Of a DNA stretch of 64,000 nt, positions 53,527-63,361 are shown piece after piece. The stretch covers positions 1,248,001-1,312,000 of the forward strand of contig CAWCKJ010000004.1 of NCBI GenBank assembly GCA_963796105.1. The letters are read 5' to 3'. Made by a program: the position numbers and the translations under genes. Numbering within the stretch: the first letter of the stretch is position 1; each line of letters begins with the position of its first letter. The DNA is from a candidate division FCPU426 bacterium. GTDB taxonomy: Bacteria; Oederibacteriota; Muellerivitia; Muellerivitales; Muellerivitaceae. The notes under the pieces were generated by a model. It did not search any database, was not told the DNA's origin, and worked only from the letters and a program-made list of their open reading frames with translations.

Positions 53527-53687
53527 AGCGGCGTCAAAAAGAAATGAAGGTGTTTATTATTTATCGCAGTTTATGGAATGGATTGTCCATTGCGGGACCC
53601 AGAGGGGAAAATCCCAATGACGGATGTAGCTTGAAAGAACACTATTGTAATGATATTGTTATGATATTGAATGAATAGGAGGGCGCT

Positions 53688-53906
53688 ATGCCTGACATCT
53701 TGATTAAAAATGTTCCGGGTCCAGTGCATAAGAAACTCAAGGAATTCGCCACACAACATAGAAGGTCCATGACTAAGGAAGCTTTGGCTCTCTTGGAGGA
53801 AGCTTTGTCCGGGCAGTCCGAGCGCCCTTGGTCCGAGCCCATCAAGGGAAAATTTCCCATCACTCCCGTTTGGCTGAAAAAGACCATCCGGGAGGGACGC
53901 GCTTGA
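53688..53906 (+). CDS. FitA-like ribbon-helix-helix antitoxin
   Basis: MPDILIKNVP..VHKKLKEFA..HRRSMTKEA; its stop overlaps the toxin start (TTGA). Confidence 0.82.
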   Translation: MPDILIKNVPGPVHKKLKEFATQHRRSMTKEALALLEEALSGQSERPWSEPIKGKFPITPVWLKKTIREGRA

Positions 53907-54310
53907 TTGTCGTGGATGCAAACATCCTGGCATATTCAACCATTGAAGGAACCTTAACGCCTTTGGCCCTCCAGGTGCGTAAACGGGACCCCCATTGGAG
54001 ACTTCCGGGAATTTGGCGCCATGAAATCCTCAACATATTCACCACCTATGTCCGGCAGAACGGATTAACCAAAGAAAAGGCGGTCAAAGCCTTGGAAGAT
54101 GTTTATGCTCACATTTTTCCCAATGAGGTGGAATTGGGGCTCGTTGAGACCTTGGAAATCGCGCTTCAACATAAGATATCAGCCTACGACGCCCAATATG
54201 TCCTGTTGGCCCAGAAACTCGGGGTTCCCTGCGTGACCGAGGATCATGCCCTCCGCCGCGCCGCCCCGCGGCTGACTATTTCGATGGAAGGTTTTATAAA
54301 CGCAAAATAA
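53903..54310 (+). CDS. vapC: VapC/PIN-domain toxin
   Basis: IVVDANIL, HEILN, SAYDAQYV, VTED. Confidence 0.9.
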   Translation: MIVVDANILAYSTIEGTLTPLALQVRKRDPHWRLPGIWRHEILNIFTTYVRQNGLTKEKAVKALEDVYAHIFPNEVELGLVETLEIALQHKISAYDAQYVLLAQKLGVPCVTEDHALRRAAPRLTISMEGFINAK

Positions 54311-54407
54311 TTTGTCCACGCCGGGGACCCTGGAGGATGTGTTTAACCATAAGACCGGCAAGCGTTTTATCAGTGGCGAGGGAAAATAAGGATTAATAAA
54401 ATTAGAG

Positions 54408-55163
54408 GTGGTCATGAATTTCTGGTTGGCGGTTTATACCCTTTGGAACAGGGAACTGGTGCGGTTCTACCGGCAGCCCAGCCGGGTGGTGGGCGCTGTC
54501 GGCACGGCGTTCCTTTTCTGGCTGGTCCTGGGTAGCGGCATCGGGGGCGGCACATTCCGCGTCTATTTTTTCCCCGGCACCGTCATCATGAGCGTCATGT
54601 TCACCTGCATCTTCTCCAACGCCTCGGTCATCGAGGACCGGCAGGCTGGGTTCCTCCAATCGGTTCTCGTGGCGCCGGTCGGGCGATCTGCCGTCGTGAT
54701 GGGTAAAATCATCGGAGGCGCCACCCTTTCCACCGTCCAGGGGCTCATCCTGGTCCCGTTCGCCCTGACCATCGGGGGCTCTTTCAACCTGACGGCGCTT
54801 CTCGGCCTTACGGTCTCACTCTTCCTTTTTTCCTTCGCGCTGAACGCCCTAGGTTTTTGGCTGGCCTGGAAGATCGAATCCATGCCGGGCTACCACACGG
54901 TCATGAACCTGGTTTACCTTCCTTTGTGGATGGCGTCAGGAGCCATCTTCAAAGCGCCAGCCTCCAACTTCTGGCTGAATTTCTTCATGGCTGTCAATCC
55001 ATTCACTTACGGAGTCGCGGGAGTGAGGCGAAGCCTTTTTCCGGCGGGTGACTTGGAAGGCGTTCCATCCCTATCAGTTTCTTTTCTCGCCCTTCTGGTT
55101 ACCGGATTGCTGTTTTACGCCTTTTCCTCCTGGGTGGTTTCCAGGAGCGACGAAAGAAGATGA
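54408..55163 (+). CDS. ABC-2 type transporter permease
   Basis: EDRQAGFLQSVLVAPV, GKIIGGA, NPFTYGV. Confidence 0.92.
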   Translation: MVMNFWLAVYTLWNRELVRFYRQPSRVVGAVGTAFLFWLVLGSGIGGGTFRVYFFPGTVIMSVMFTCIFSNASVIEDRQAGFLQSVLVAPVGRSAVVMGKIIGGATLSTVQGLILVPFALTIGGSFNLTALLGLTVSLFLFSFALNALGFWLAWKIESMPGYHTVMNLVYLPLWMASGAIFKAPASNFWLNFFMAVNPFTYGVAGVRRSLFPAGDLEGVPSLSVSFLALLVTGLLFYAFSSWVVSRSDERR

Positions 55164-55789
55164 GAATGGCTTCTAGATGGAAACTTTGGCTGACAATGGC
55201 CTTGACCCTGGTGGTTCTGGGGGCTTGGGGTTATAGGGTCTTCAGCCTGAAACCCTCGATCCTTTTCTTCAAGAATTCCGCCCTGAAGGCCCCCGACTTC
55301 GCTTTTCCGGAGTCCAACGGCGGAAATTTCTCCAGCGGGGCCTTGAAGGGAAAAGTCTGGGTGGCGGATTTCATATTCACCCATTGCGCCGGGACCTGCC
55401 CGATCCTGAGCTCCAACCTTAGCAAGCTGCAGGACGAGTGGAGAGGCAATCCCGATTTCAACCTGGTGAGTTTCACCGTGGACCCCAAGAACGACACGGT
55501 GGACACGCTCCGGCAATACGCCGAACAGCACCACGCCCAAAAGGACCAGTGGTTTTTCCTGACGGGTGTAAAGAAGGATCTTTACCGCACCGCCCATGAG
55601 GGTTTCAAGGTGACGGTCATCGAGGACCCCCAAGGGATCCCGGGATTCGAGTTCGTCCACACCACGAGGGTGTTCCTGGTGGACGCTAACGGCATGATCC
55701 GCGGGTTTTACGACGGCTCGGATGAAATGGACGTTCAAAAACTCGCTCAGGACGTCAAGTACCTGATGAGTTCCAGGAGCAGGACATGA
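55160..55789 (+). CDS. SCO1/SenC copper chaperone
   Basis: FIFTHCAGTCP (CxxxC), VDPKND, HTTRVFLVD. Confidence 0.92.
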   Translation: MRMASRWKLWLTMALTLVVLGAWGYRVFSLKPSILFFKNSALKAPDFAFPESNGGNFSSGALKGKVWVADFIFTHCAGTCPILSSNLSKLQDEWRGNPDFNLVSFTVDPKNDTVDTLRQYAEQHHAQKDQWFFLTGVKKDLYRTAHEGFKVTVIEDPQGIPGFEFVHTTRVFLVDANGMIRGFYDGSDEMDVQKLAQDVKYLMSSRSRT

Positions 55790-56217
55790 GCTGGGCCGAT
55801 TTACCCGCCTTGAACGCCTCCCTGAACGGCGCCAGCGCGGTGTTCCTGCTTTGCGGATTTTGGTTCATCCGCCAAAAACGAGTCCTGCCCCACCGCCTTT
55901 GCATGGGCACGGCTTTCCTTATCTCCGTCGTCTTCCTGGCCTGCTACCTGGCCTACCACGCCCACGCGGGGGTGGTGCGCTTCGGCGGGCAGGGCTGGGT
56001 GCGCCCCTTGTATTTCTTCATCCTCACGACCCATACTTTACTGGCGGCGGCGGTGCCGGTGCTGGCGGTCATGACGCTTTACCGGGCCTTGCGCGGCGAC
56101 TTTGTGGGGCATAAAAAAATAGCCAGGGTGACTTTTCCTATCTGGCTTTATGTCTCGGTGACGGGAGTGGTGGTTTACTGGATGCTTTTCCACCTCTATA
56201 CGCCCATCGGAGGATGA
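55786..56217 (+). CDS. DUF420 (CtaM-like) membrane protein
   Basis: NASLN, HRLCM, HTLLA, HKKIAR..PIWLYVSVTGV. Confidence 0.9.
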   Translation: MSWADLPALNASLNGASAVFLLCGFWFIRQKRVLPHRLCMGTAFLISVVFLACYLAYHAHAGVVRFGGQGWVRPLYFFILTTHTLLAAAVPVLAVMTLYRALRGDFVGHKKIARVTFPIWLYVSVTGVVVYWMLFHLYTPIGG

Positions 56218-56306
56218 AATAATTACTTCCCAAATAAGACTAAAGCTTTTGAACGAAGATAAACAAAATCGAGAGTTTTTCTGTTTAAAAGGCTAAAACA
56301 AAATCC

Positions 56307-56535
56307 TTAGCCACGGATTCAGGGGATGCAGGGGATAAACAGAATGAAAAACGGATAATGAATAATTCAAAAATGTTTCAGATCATGACAAGAGCAATGC
56401 TCTTGCGCCCGATGGGCGGAATAGTCCAGCTTGCGGACCGTGGAAAAATTAATTTTTCCATCGGCCGTCAGCTGGACCATAGAACATGATCATATTTCGC
56501 TTTAAATCCCATGAATCCCATGCATCTGTGGCTAA
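56307..56535. repeat. 229-bp MITE-like palindromic element, copy 1
   Basis: TIR ttagccacggattcaggggatgcagggga / atcccatgaatcccatgcatctgtggctaa; second copy at 60542. Confidence 0.85.
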
Positions 56536-56560
56536 AAAAATTTAGAAAGTTTGGATTGAG

Positions 56561-56992
56561 ATGATTCCTGAGGAAGAAATTGTAAGCATCGTGCGGGAGG
56601 CCCGAACCGTGGCGGTTTACGGGATGCAGGGCGAGAAAAAGATGGACCGTCCCGCCTATCAAATCCCAGCCATGCTGAAGGCCAGGGGCATGAAGCTTTA
56701 TCCCATCAATCCCGCCATCGAGTCGTCCCTGGGGGAAAAAGCCTTGGCGAGCCTGAAAGACCTTCCCGAGAAGGTGGACATCCTCGACGTTTTCCGAAGG
56801 AGCGAGGCCATCCCGGCCCTGGCGGACGAGATTATCGCCCTGCCGGAGGGAATACGCCCCAAGGCCGTCTGGCTCCAAACGGGGATTACCCACCCGGAAG
56901 CCGAGGCGAAATTGGAGCAAGCGGGGTTCAAGGTCGTCAGCGACGCCTGTCTCGGGGTTTGGGCGGCCAAAGTGAGGCATCCGGAGGGGTAA
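56561..56992 (+). CDS. CoA-binding protein (YccU-like)
   Basis: [33 protein letters not shown]. Confidence 0.9.
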   Translation: MIPEEEIVSIVREARTVAVYGMQGEKKMDRPAYQIPAMLKARGMKLYPINPAIESSLGEKALASLKDLPEKVDILDVFRRSEAIPALADEIIALPEGIRPKAVWLQTGITHPEAEAKLEQAGFKVVSDACLGVWAAKVRHPEG

Positions 56993-56993
56993 C

Positions 56994-57509
56994 ATTAAGG
57001 ACCGCATCGAAGTCATCACCGGAGATATCACGACGCTCAAGGTGGACGCAATCGTGAACGCAGCCAACGAGACACTCCTGGGAGGGGGAGGGGTGGACGG
57101 GGCCATCCACCGGGGAGCAGGTCCCGAACTCCTGGAGGAATGCGGGAAGCTGGGTGGATGCGAGACCGGCCAATGCAAGATCATGAAAGGCTACAAGCTC
57201 CCGGCTAAATGGGTGATCCACACGGTAGGCCCTATCTGGCGGGGCGGAGCCCAAGGGGAGAATGAACTGCTCGCCTCCTGTTATCGGAATTCCCTGGAAC
57301 TCGCGTCGCAAAACAACGTAAAAACCATAGCCTTTCCCTCCATCAGCACCGGCGCATACTTGTTTCCCCTTAAAAGGGCCGCGAAAATAGCGTTATCCCA
57401 AATCCGGGAATTTCTCTCAAAAAACGAGAAGCTTGAAAAAGTAACAATGGTTTGCTTTGACCAAGAAACCTTTCAAGCCTACAGTGAAGCGTTGAGGGAT
57501 TTAGCGTAA
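56994..57509 (+). CDS. Macro-domain O-acetyl-ADP-ribose deacetylase (YmdB-like); probable ATT start
   Basis: [48 protein letters not shown]. The conserved GDIT lies upstream of the GTG at 57042. Confidence 0.9.
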   Translation: MKDRIEVITGDITTLKVDAIVNAANETLLGGGGVDGAIHRGAGPELLEECGKLGGCETGQCKIMKGYKLPAKWVIHTVGPIWRGGAQGENELLASCYRNSLELASQNNVKTIAFPSISTGAYLFPLKRAAKIALSQIREFLSKNEKLEKVTMVCFDQETFQAYSEALRDLA

Positions 57510-57538
57510 GGAAGCTGGAAATATCAGGGAGGATTCCG

Positions 57539-58012
57539 ATGGGTTTCAGTTTGACAAGCCCCTCTTTCAAAGATGGGGACATGATGGACTCGAGGTTCAC
57601 TTGCGACGGCGACAATGTCTCGCCCAACTTGCGCTGGAGCGAGGTGCCCGAGGGAACCATAAGCCTGGCCTTGGTTTGCGACGATCCCGACGCTCCCGGC
57701 GGAACCTTTACTCATTGGGTGTTATACAACATTCCCCCGCTTCCCAGCGATTTGAGGGAAGGGGTTCCGGCCTTGAAGACCCTTCCTAACAACGCTTGCC
57801 AGGGTGTGAACAGCTTTGGTTCCGCCGGTTACGGCGGGCCTTGCCCCCCCAGCGGGACCCATCGTTATGTCTTCACGGCTTATGCCGTCAGCAGGATGCT
57901 GGACCTGGAACCGGGCGCTTCCAAGAAGCAGGTTGAAAACGCCGTTCAAAACCGTATCTTAGGGAAGGCCCAGTTGATAGGTAAATACAGCCGCCAAGCC
58001 GGACGGCGTTGA
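57539..58012 (+). CDS. YbhB/YbcL (PEBP) family protein
   Basis: DDPDAP, THWVLYNIP, GYGGPCPP, HRYVF. Confidence 0.93.
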   Translation: MGFSLTSPSFKDGDMMDSRFTCDGDNVSPNLRWSEVPEGTISLALVCDDPDAPGGTFTHWVLYNIPPLPSDLREGVPALKTLPNNACQGVNSFGSAGYGGPCPPSGTHRYVFTAYAVSRMLDLEPGASKKQVENAVQNRILGKAQLIGKYSRQAGRR

Positions 58013-58066
58013 AATCCCCCCGCCCGGCCCAGCCAGCGGTAAAGTGAGAAAACTATCCATACACAA

Positions 58067-58822
58067 TTGAGATTCCTTAATAAATTCTTCCTTTCCCTGA
58101 TTCTTCTTTTACCCTTGGCCGGCCCCTTATCCGCCGTCCAATGGCCCCAGCCCTTGGGTTACTTGAGCGATTTCGCCCATGTGGTTCCCTCCGATAAATC
58201 CCAAGCCATCCAATCCCTTCTTTACGAGTTGGAGCAAAAGACAGGCGTTCAAGTGGCGGTGGTTACGGTGGATTCCCTGGAGGGAGGGGATGTGGACGGG
58301 GCCGCGGCGGATTTGTTCAAGACCTGGGGGATCGGACACAAGAAAAAGGACGACGGCGTGCTGGTCTTGATCTCCATCCAGGACCGGAAGGACCGCATTG
58401 AGGTGGGTTACGGCATGGAGGGCGTATTGACCGACGGGCAAATGGGCCTCATCCGCCGGGAAGGAATGGAGCCTTATTTCAAGCAAGGCGATTATGGGCT
58501 GGGTTTATGGAACGCGGCGGCGGCGATCGCAGGAATCATCGCCCAGAACGCCGGTGTGACATTAGCCGAACAAGCCTCGGTTCAGCCCATGGCCGCGCAA
58601 CAGAGGGGCTCCCTGGGCATGAGGGGAACCTTCTTCTTATTTTTCCTGCTCTTCTCCATTCTCATGTCATTTACCCGCCGGGGAAGGCGCGGTTACTGGG
58701 GCGGCGGGTTTTACGGCGGGGGCTGGGGCGGGGGCGGGGGTTTTGGGGGCGGCGGAGGCGGCGGGTTTGGCGGTTTCGGCGGAGGAATGTCGGGCGGAGG
58801 CGGTTCCAGCGGGGGTTGGTAA
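58067..58822 (+). CDS. TPM-domain protein (YgcG-like) with Gly-rich tail
   Basis: QVAVVTV, WGIG.KKKDDGVL, RIEVGYGMEG, GGFGGGMSGGGGSSGGW. Confidence 0.92.
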   Translation: MRFLNKFFLSLILLLPLAGPLSAVQWPQPLGYLSDFAHVVPSDKSQAIQSLLYELEQKTGVQVAVVTVDSLEGGDVDGAAADLFKTWGIGHKKKDDGVLVLISIQDRKDRIEVGYGMEGVLTDGQMGLIRREGMEPYFKQGDYGLGLWNAAAAIAGIIAQNAGVTLAEQASVQPMAAQQRGSLGMRGTFFLFFLLFSILMSFTRRGRRGYWGGGFYGGGWGGGGGFGGGGGGGFGGFGGGMSGGGGSSGGW

Positions 58823-58987
58823 ACTATATTCACCACATGCCAGCCTTCAATAAAGCTTTTAATGGGCCTGGTATAGTACCGATCTCAAAATTTCTTAATG
58901 GAAGATCGGCACAGAGACACAGAGACTCGGCTGAAATTAGATAAAGATGAAGAACAGGAAGGTCAGCAATAATAAAAGGAAAAAGAT

Positions 58988-59689
58988 ATGGCTAAATGGA
59001 CGACGGAAAAAATAACGGAAGAATTGAAAAAACTTTTAAAGGACAAATTGGTCTCGGTGGTTCTCTACGGCTCGGCCGCGGCGGGGGACCATGCGGGGCA
59101 CAAATCCGACATCAACCTGCTGGTGGTGACCCATCCCCTGAAGAGGGTGGATCTGCTGGTCCTATCCGATGTGGTGGCTCCCTGGGTCAAGCAGAAGAAC
59201 CCCCCGCCCCTATTCCTGACCCAGGAGCATTTGAAGGATTTCGTGGATGTTTTCCCGCTGGAAATCCTCGACATGCAGAGCAATCACAAGCTTTTGTACG
59301 GACTGGATGTTCTTTCCGCGCTGACCATTTCCACCGACCATCTGCGCGTCGAGTTGGAGCATGAGCTTCAAGCGAAATTTCTCCAGCTGAAAACCAGGTA
59401 TATGTTGACGGAGGGAAAGACCAAGGAGGTCTGGCATCTCATGGTGACGTCCCTTTCCACTTTCCTGGTTTTGTTCAAGAATTCCCTCTGGCTGTACAAT
59501 GAAAACCCGCCTTTGAAAAAGATCGACGCGCTTCGTAAATTGAGGGAGCGATTTGATTTTGAGATGGAGGCTTTCGAGACCATCGACAGGGTCAAGAGGG
59601 GGGAATCCTATAAGGGTTTGGACGCGGTCAAGATCTTCGACGAATATTTGGACGCAATCGAGTCTTTGATCGATAGAATAAACCAATAA
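58988..59689 (+). CDS. Nucleotidyltransferase-domain protein (LemA/TPM-associated type)
   Basis: VVLYGSAAAGD...SDINLLVV, DVFPLEILDM. Confidence 0.82.
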   Translation: MAKWTTEKITEELKKLLKDKLVSVVLYGSAAAGDHAGHKSDINLLVVTHPLKRVDLLVLSDVVAPWVKQKNPPPLFLTQEHLKDFVDVFPLEILDMQSNHKLLYGLDVLSALTISTDHLRVELEHELQAKFLQLKTRYMLTEGKTKEVWHLMVTSLSTFLVLFKNSLWLYNENPPLKKIDALRKLRERFDFEMEAFETIDRVKRGESYKGLDAVKIFDEYLDAIESLIDRINQ

Positions 59690-59927
59690 CTAAAAACATT
59701 GCCGTCCAAATTAAATAAAAACCAAGGAACAAAGATAAATAAAATCAGAAGTTTTAATTCAAAAAGGCGTTAATCAAAACCAAGTCCTTTGCCACGTGCC
59801 AGCCTTCCATAAGGCAGTTGAAGGAGGCTGGTAATGTACCGATCTCAATATATCTTTATGAATGATCGGCACGGATTCAGGGGATGCAGGGGGATTTATA
59901 TTCACGAAAAATATTAAGGAGGAAAGA

Positions 59928-60509
59928 ATGAGGAGAATTCATTTCATAAGGGCCATCAGTCTCATGGCCGCGGTTGCCTTTATTGGCGCGGGATTTACCG
60001 CCGCTATAGCGGCGGTAAAAAAGAAATCCACCCTGCGGATGGAAAGTCCGAGCTTTAATAAAGGCCAGGCTATCCCGGATAAATACACCTGCGCCGGGGC
60101 CAATGTCTCGCCGGCTATTCATTGGAAAGGCGCTCCGCCGAAAACCAAGACCTTCGCTCTCATTTGCGAGGATCCCGACGCCCCGATGCAGACCTGGGTC
60201 CATTGGGTGATTTTTAATATCCCGGTGACCACAAACGATCCAACCTACGCCTTTGAGTTGACCGAGGGTTACCCCCGGACTGAAACCCAGACCAACGGCA
60301 TTGTCCAGGGAACCAACGACTTCAAGAAAATCGGCTACGACGGGCCCTGCCCGCCGGCGGGTTCTCCCCACAGGTATTATTTCGAGCTTTACGCATTGGA
60401 TTCCAGCCTTCCTTTGGGGGCGGGAGCCATGAAATCGCAGGTGATGGGCGCCATGAAGGGGCACATCCTGGATCAAACGCAGATCATGGGGACGTACGGC
60501 AAGAAATAA
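59928..60509 (+). CDS. Secreted YbhB/YbcL (PEBP) family protein
   Basis: Signal peptide; EDPDAP, HWVIFNIP, YDGPCPP, HRYYF. Confidence 0.92.
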   Translation: MRRIHFIRAISLMAAVAFIGAGFTAAIAAVKKKSTLRMESPSFNKGQAIPDKYTCAGANVSPAIHWKGAPPKTKTFALICEDPDAPMQTWVHWVIFNIPVTTNDPTYAFELTEGYPRTETQTNGIVQGTNDFKKIGYDGPCPPAGSPHRYYFELYALDSSLPLGAGAMKSQVMGAMKGHILDQTQIMGTYGKK

Positions 60510-60541
60510 TTTTTCTTAACAAAGATAATCGAAACTATGTC

Positions 60542-60770
60542 TTAGCCACGGATTCAGGGGATGCAGGGGATAAACAGAATGAAAAATGGATAATGAATGA
60601 TTCGAAAATGTTTCAGATCATGACAAGAGCAATGCTCTTGCGCCCGATGGGCGGAATGGTCAAGACTGCGGACTGTGGAAAAATTAATTTTTCTATCGGC
60701 CGCCAGCTGGACCATGGAACATGATCAAAATACGCTTTAAATCCCATGTATCCCATGCATCTGTGGCGAA
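60542..60770. repeat. 229-bp MITE-like palindromic element, copy 2
   Basis: Colinear and highly similar to 56307-56535. Confidence 0.85.
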
Positions 60771-60843
60771 ATATTTTTTTAGATTTGACTTTCATTTTTT
60801 GAATTTTAATTAGTGCTTCAGTAAATAAAATAGGAGGATCAAA

Positions 60844-61407
60844 GTGAACGCAAAATACTGGTTATGGGCTTTAGTAGGTTTCGTCGTCTTGTTCGGCTTG
60901 ATGCTGATGGGTTCCTACAACGGGTTGGTTTCCGCCAACGTCGGGGTGGACGCCCAGTGGGCCCAGGTGGAAAACGTCCTGCAAAGGCGCTATGACCTTA
61001 TTCCCAATTTGGTGAACACGGTCAAGGGATACGCCAAGCACGAGAAGGAAGTCTTGGAGGAAGTCACGCGCCTGCGGAGCCAATGGGGCGCGGCCCAGAA
61101 TGCCTCGGACAAGGTCAAGGCCTCCAATGATTTGGAAGGGGCCCTCAGCCGTTTGATGGTGGTGGTTGAGAAATACCCGGACTTGAAGGCCAACCAGGGA
61201 TTTCTCCAGCTTCAGGACGAGTTGGCTGGCACCGAGAACCGGATCGCGGTGGAACGCATGCGCTACAACGAGGCGGTGCAGACTTACAACCTGAAGGTCC
61301 AGAGCTTTCCTTCCAACCTGATGGCTTCCATCTTCAACTACAAACCCAAGGACGCCTATTTCAAGGCCAAGGAAGCCGCCCAGGAGCCCCCCAAGGTCGA
61401 GTTTTAA
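60844..61407 (+). CDS. lemA: LemA family protein
   Basis: QRRYDLIPNLV.TVKGYA.HE, EKYPDLKA, LAGTENRIAVER.RYNEAV. Confidence 0.95.
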   Translation: MNAKYWLWALVGFVVLFGLMLMGSYNGLVSANVGVDAQWAQVENVLQRRYDLIPNLVNTVKGYAKHEKEVLEEVTRLRSQWGAAQNASDKVKASNDLEGALSRLMVVVEKYPDLKANQGFLQLQDELAGTENRIAVERMRYNEAVQTYNLKVQSFPSNLMASIFNYKPKDAYFKAKEAAQEPPKVEF

Positions 61408-61463
61408 CCTCTGGCGGAACCTTTAAAAAAGTCTCCAATCCCGTTTTTGGACTCACCTATCAC

Positions 61464-61500
61464 CCCGGCGGAACGATTTAAAAGATTCCGCCGGGATTTA
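61464..61500 (+). terminator. Hairpin downstream of lemA (possible terminator)
   Basis: cccggcggaa...ttccgccggg followed by attta. Confidence 0.5.
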
Positions 61501-61700
61501 TACCCTCCTGTTTTAACCCAAGGCGGTTCACAAGTCTTCAAATTAGGCCCTATAAATAAGGGTTTTTATTTAATTTCCCCCTGAAACTTTTTTTAGAAAT
61601 TTATGTAATAAAATTGATTTAAACCGTCTAGAGGTTGAAGCCCTTCCTGGAAGGGAAAATCGGAAAAAAAAGCAATGCTAAATAGAGATTAGGAAAAGCC

Positions 61701-63172
61701 ATGCGGAACACGCTAAAAACCTTCCTTTTTTTGGGGCGCTTTCATGCTTGGCGGTTTTTTACACACCGCAAGCATGGAGCCAGATCATCACCACCTACGC
61801 CGGAACAGGCCCCTCCAATGTCTGCCTCTACAATGGCGACGGCGGACCCGCGACATTGGCCCAAATGTGCTGTCCCGATGTCATCGCCTTTGACTCCAAG
61901 GGGAACCTTTATATCGGGGACGCTGGAAACGCGGCGGTCCGAAGGGTGGACGCCGCGACCGGTTTGATGAGCACCTACGCAGGGTACGTCACCACGGGTG
62001 TCTATTCCGGGGACGGGGGATTCGCGACCGGGCCCCAGTGCGGTTTGAACTACCCCGATGGCCTTGTATTCGACGCCCAGGACAATCTCTATATCGCCGA
62101 TTATTACAATAACGTGATCCGGAAGGTGGACGCCGCCACTCACATCATCACCACGGTGGTGGGGCATTATCCGGGGAATGGCGGTCACACAGGAGATGGG
62201 GGTTTGGCGGTCAACGCCGAATTGAACAATCCCATCGCTATCAAGTTTGACAGTCATGGAAACCTCTACATCGCCGATAACGGAAATTTCTGCGTCAGAA
62301 GGGTGGATGCCGCGACGGGAGTGATCACCACGGTCGCGGGGAATGGCATTTCGGATAATACGGGAGACGGCGGGCCCGCGACCTCCGCCTCTTTTATCAA
62401 TGCCCAATCGATCTGTTTTGACAACGCGGGCAATCTTTTAATTTCGGACGGGGGAAGCAGTGTGGTCCGGAGGGTGAACGCGCTAACCGGCATCATCACC
62501 ACGATTATCGGTAACGGCGATGTGGGCTTTTCGGGAGATGGAGGACCCGCCCTTTCCGCCAGCCTGGACTTTGACAATGGAAGCCTGGCGGTGGATTCCC
62601 TGGGGAATATTTATATCACAGACGACTGGAACGACGTGGCCCGGAAAGTGGACGCCGTGACGGGAATCATTACCACCGTCGCGGGGCAGGGCCCCCCTGT
62701 TCCCTCGGGTTACTCGGGGGATGGCGGGCCCGCCACTTTGGCGCAGTTTTACCACACCGAGGATTTTGAGTTCGACAGCCAGGGCAACATGTTCATCGTG
62801 GATTACGGCAACAACGCGATCAGGAAAGTCACCAACGTCGCCGTCTTCTTCACCCCGACCCCCACGCCCAGCCCGACGCCCCAGGCTCCGGACATTTTCT
62901 ACGTCTCCAGGAACGCTTTCATACCCTCCCAGGAACCTGTTTCCATCTACGTCCAGTATCCCCACCCCGGACCTTTCAGCCTCAGGATCTACAACTCCGC
63001 GGGGGAGCATATCAAGACCCTGTACGACATGACCGTCGCGACCAACTTCGCCCAGTCCTTTTTATGGGACGGCAAAAACAAGTACCAGGATACCTGCGCC
63101 AGCGGGGTTTACCTGATCTACCTTTCCGAACCTTTCGACCGGAAGATCAAGCGGGTTGTCCTCATTAAGTAA
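61701..63172 (+). CDS. Secreted NHL-repeat protein with PT linker and FlgD-Ig-like CTD; apparent frameshift in the signal peptide
   Basis: Repeated GDGGPAT.A...GNLYIAD..N..VRRVDAATG.ITT.AG; CTD like that of the first gene. The ATG at 61701 is out of frame with the body across a T7G4 run. Confidence 0.85.
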
Positions 63173-63261
63173 AACCCAAGAAAGCAGTCAAGCTCCATTC
63201 GTTCCAATCATGTAAACCACTCAACTTTGGTAAATTTCGAAAAGCATGGCGCTAGTGATAA

Positions 63262-63361
63262 TCCCCCCTTTGAAAAAGGGGGGTGGGGGGTATTAGCTTT
63301 TGTTGTGTAACACCCAGAGGCTAACTTCCCCTCTATCCCCCTCTTTCAGAGGGGGAAGATT
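63262..63361. repeat. Double-hairpin palindromic intergenic element
   Basis: cccccctt-tgaaa-aagggggg and ccccctct-ttc-agaggggg hairpins in inverted arrangement. Confidence 0.6.

Noticed and set aside
57042..59689. Anti-phage defence system (macro domain plus nucleotidyltransferase)
   Set aside because: The macro domain is a housekeeping YmdB type and the NTase is the LemA/TPM-associated type; no effector or toxin partner is seen.
56307..60770. Integron attC cassette array
   Set aside because: The elements lack RYYYAAC/GTTRRRY ends, no integrase is present, and the flanked genes look like host genes.
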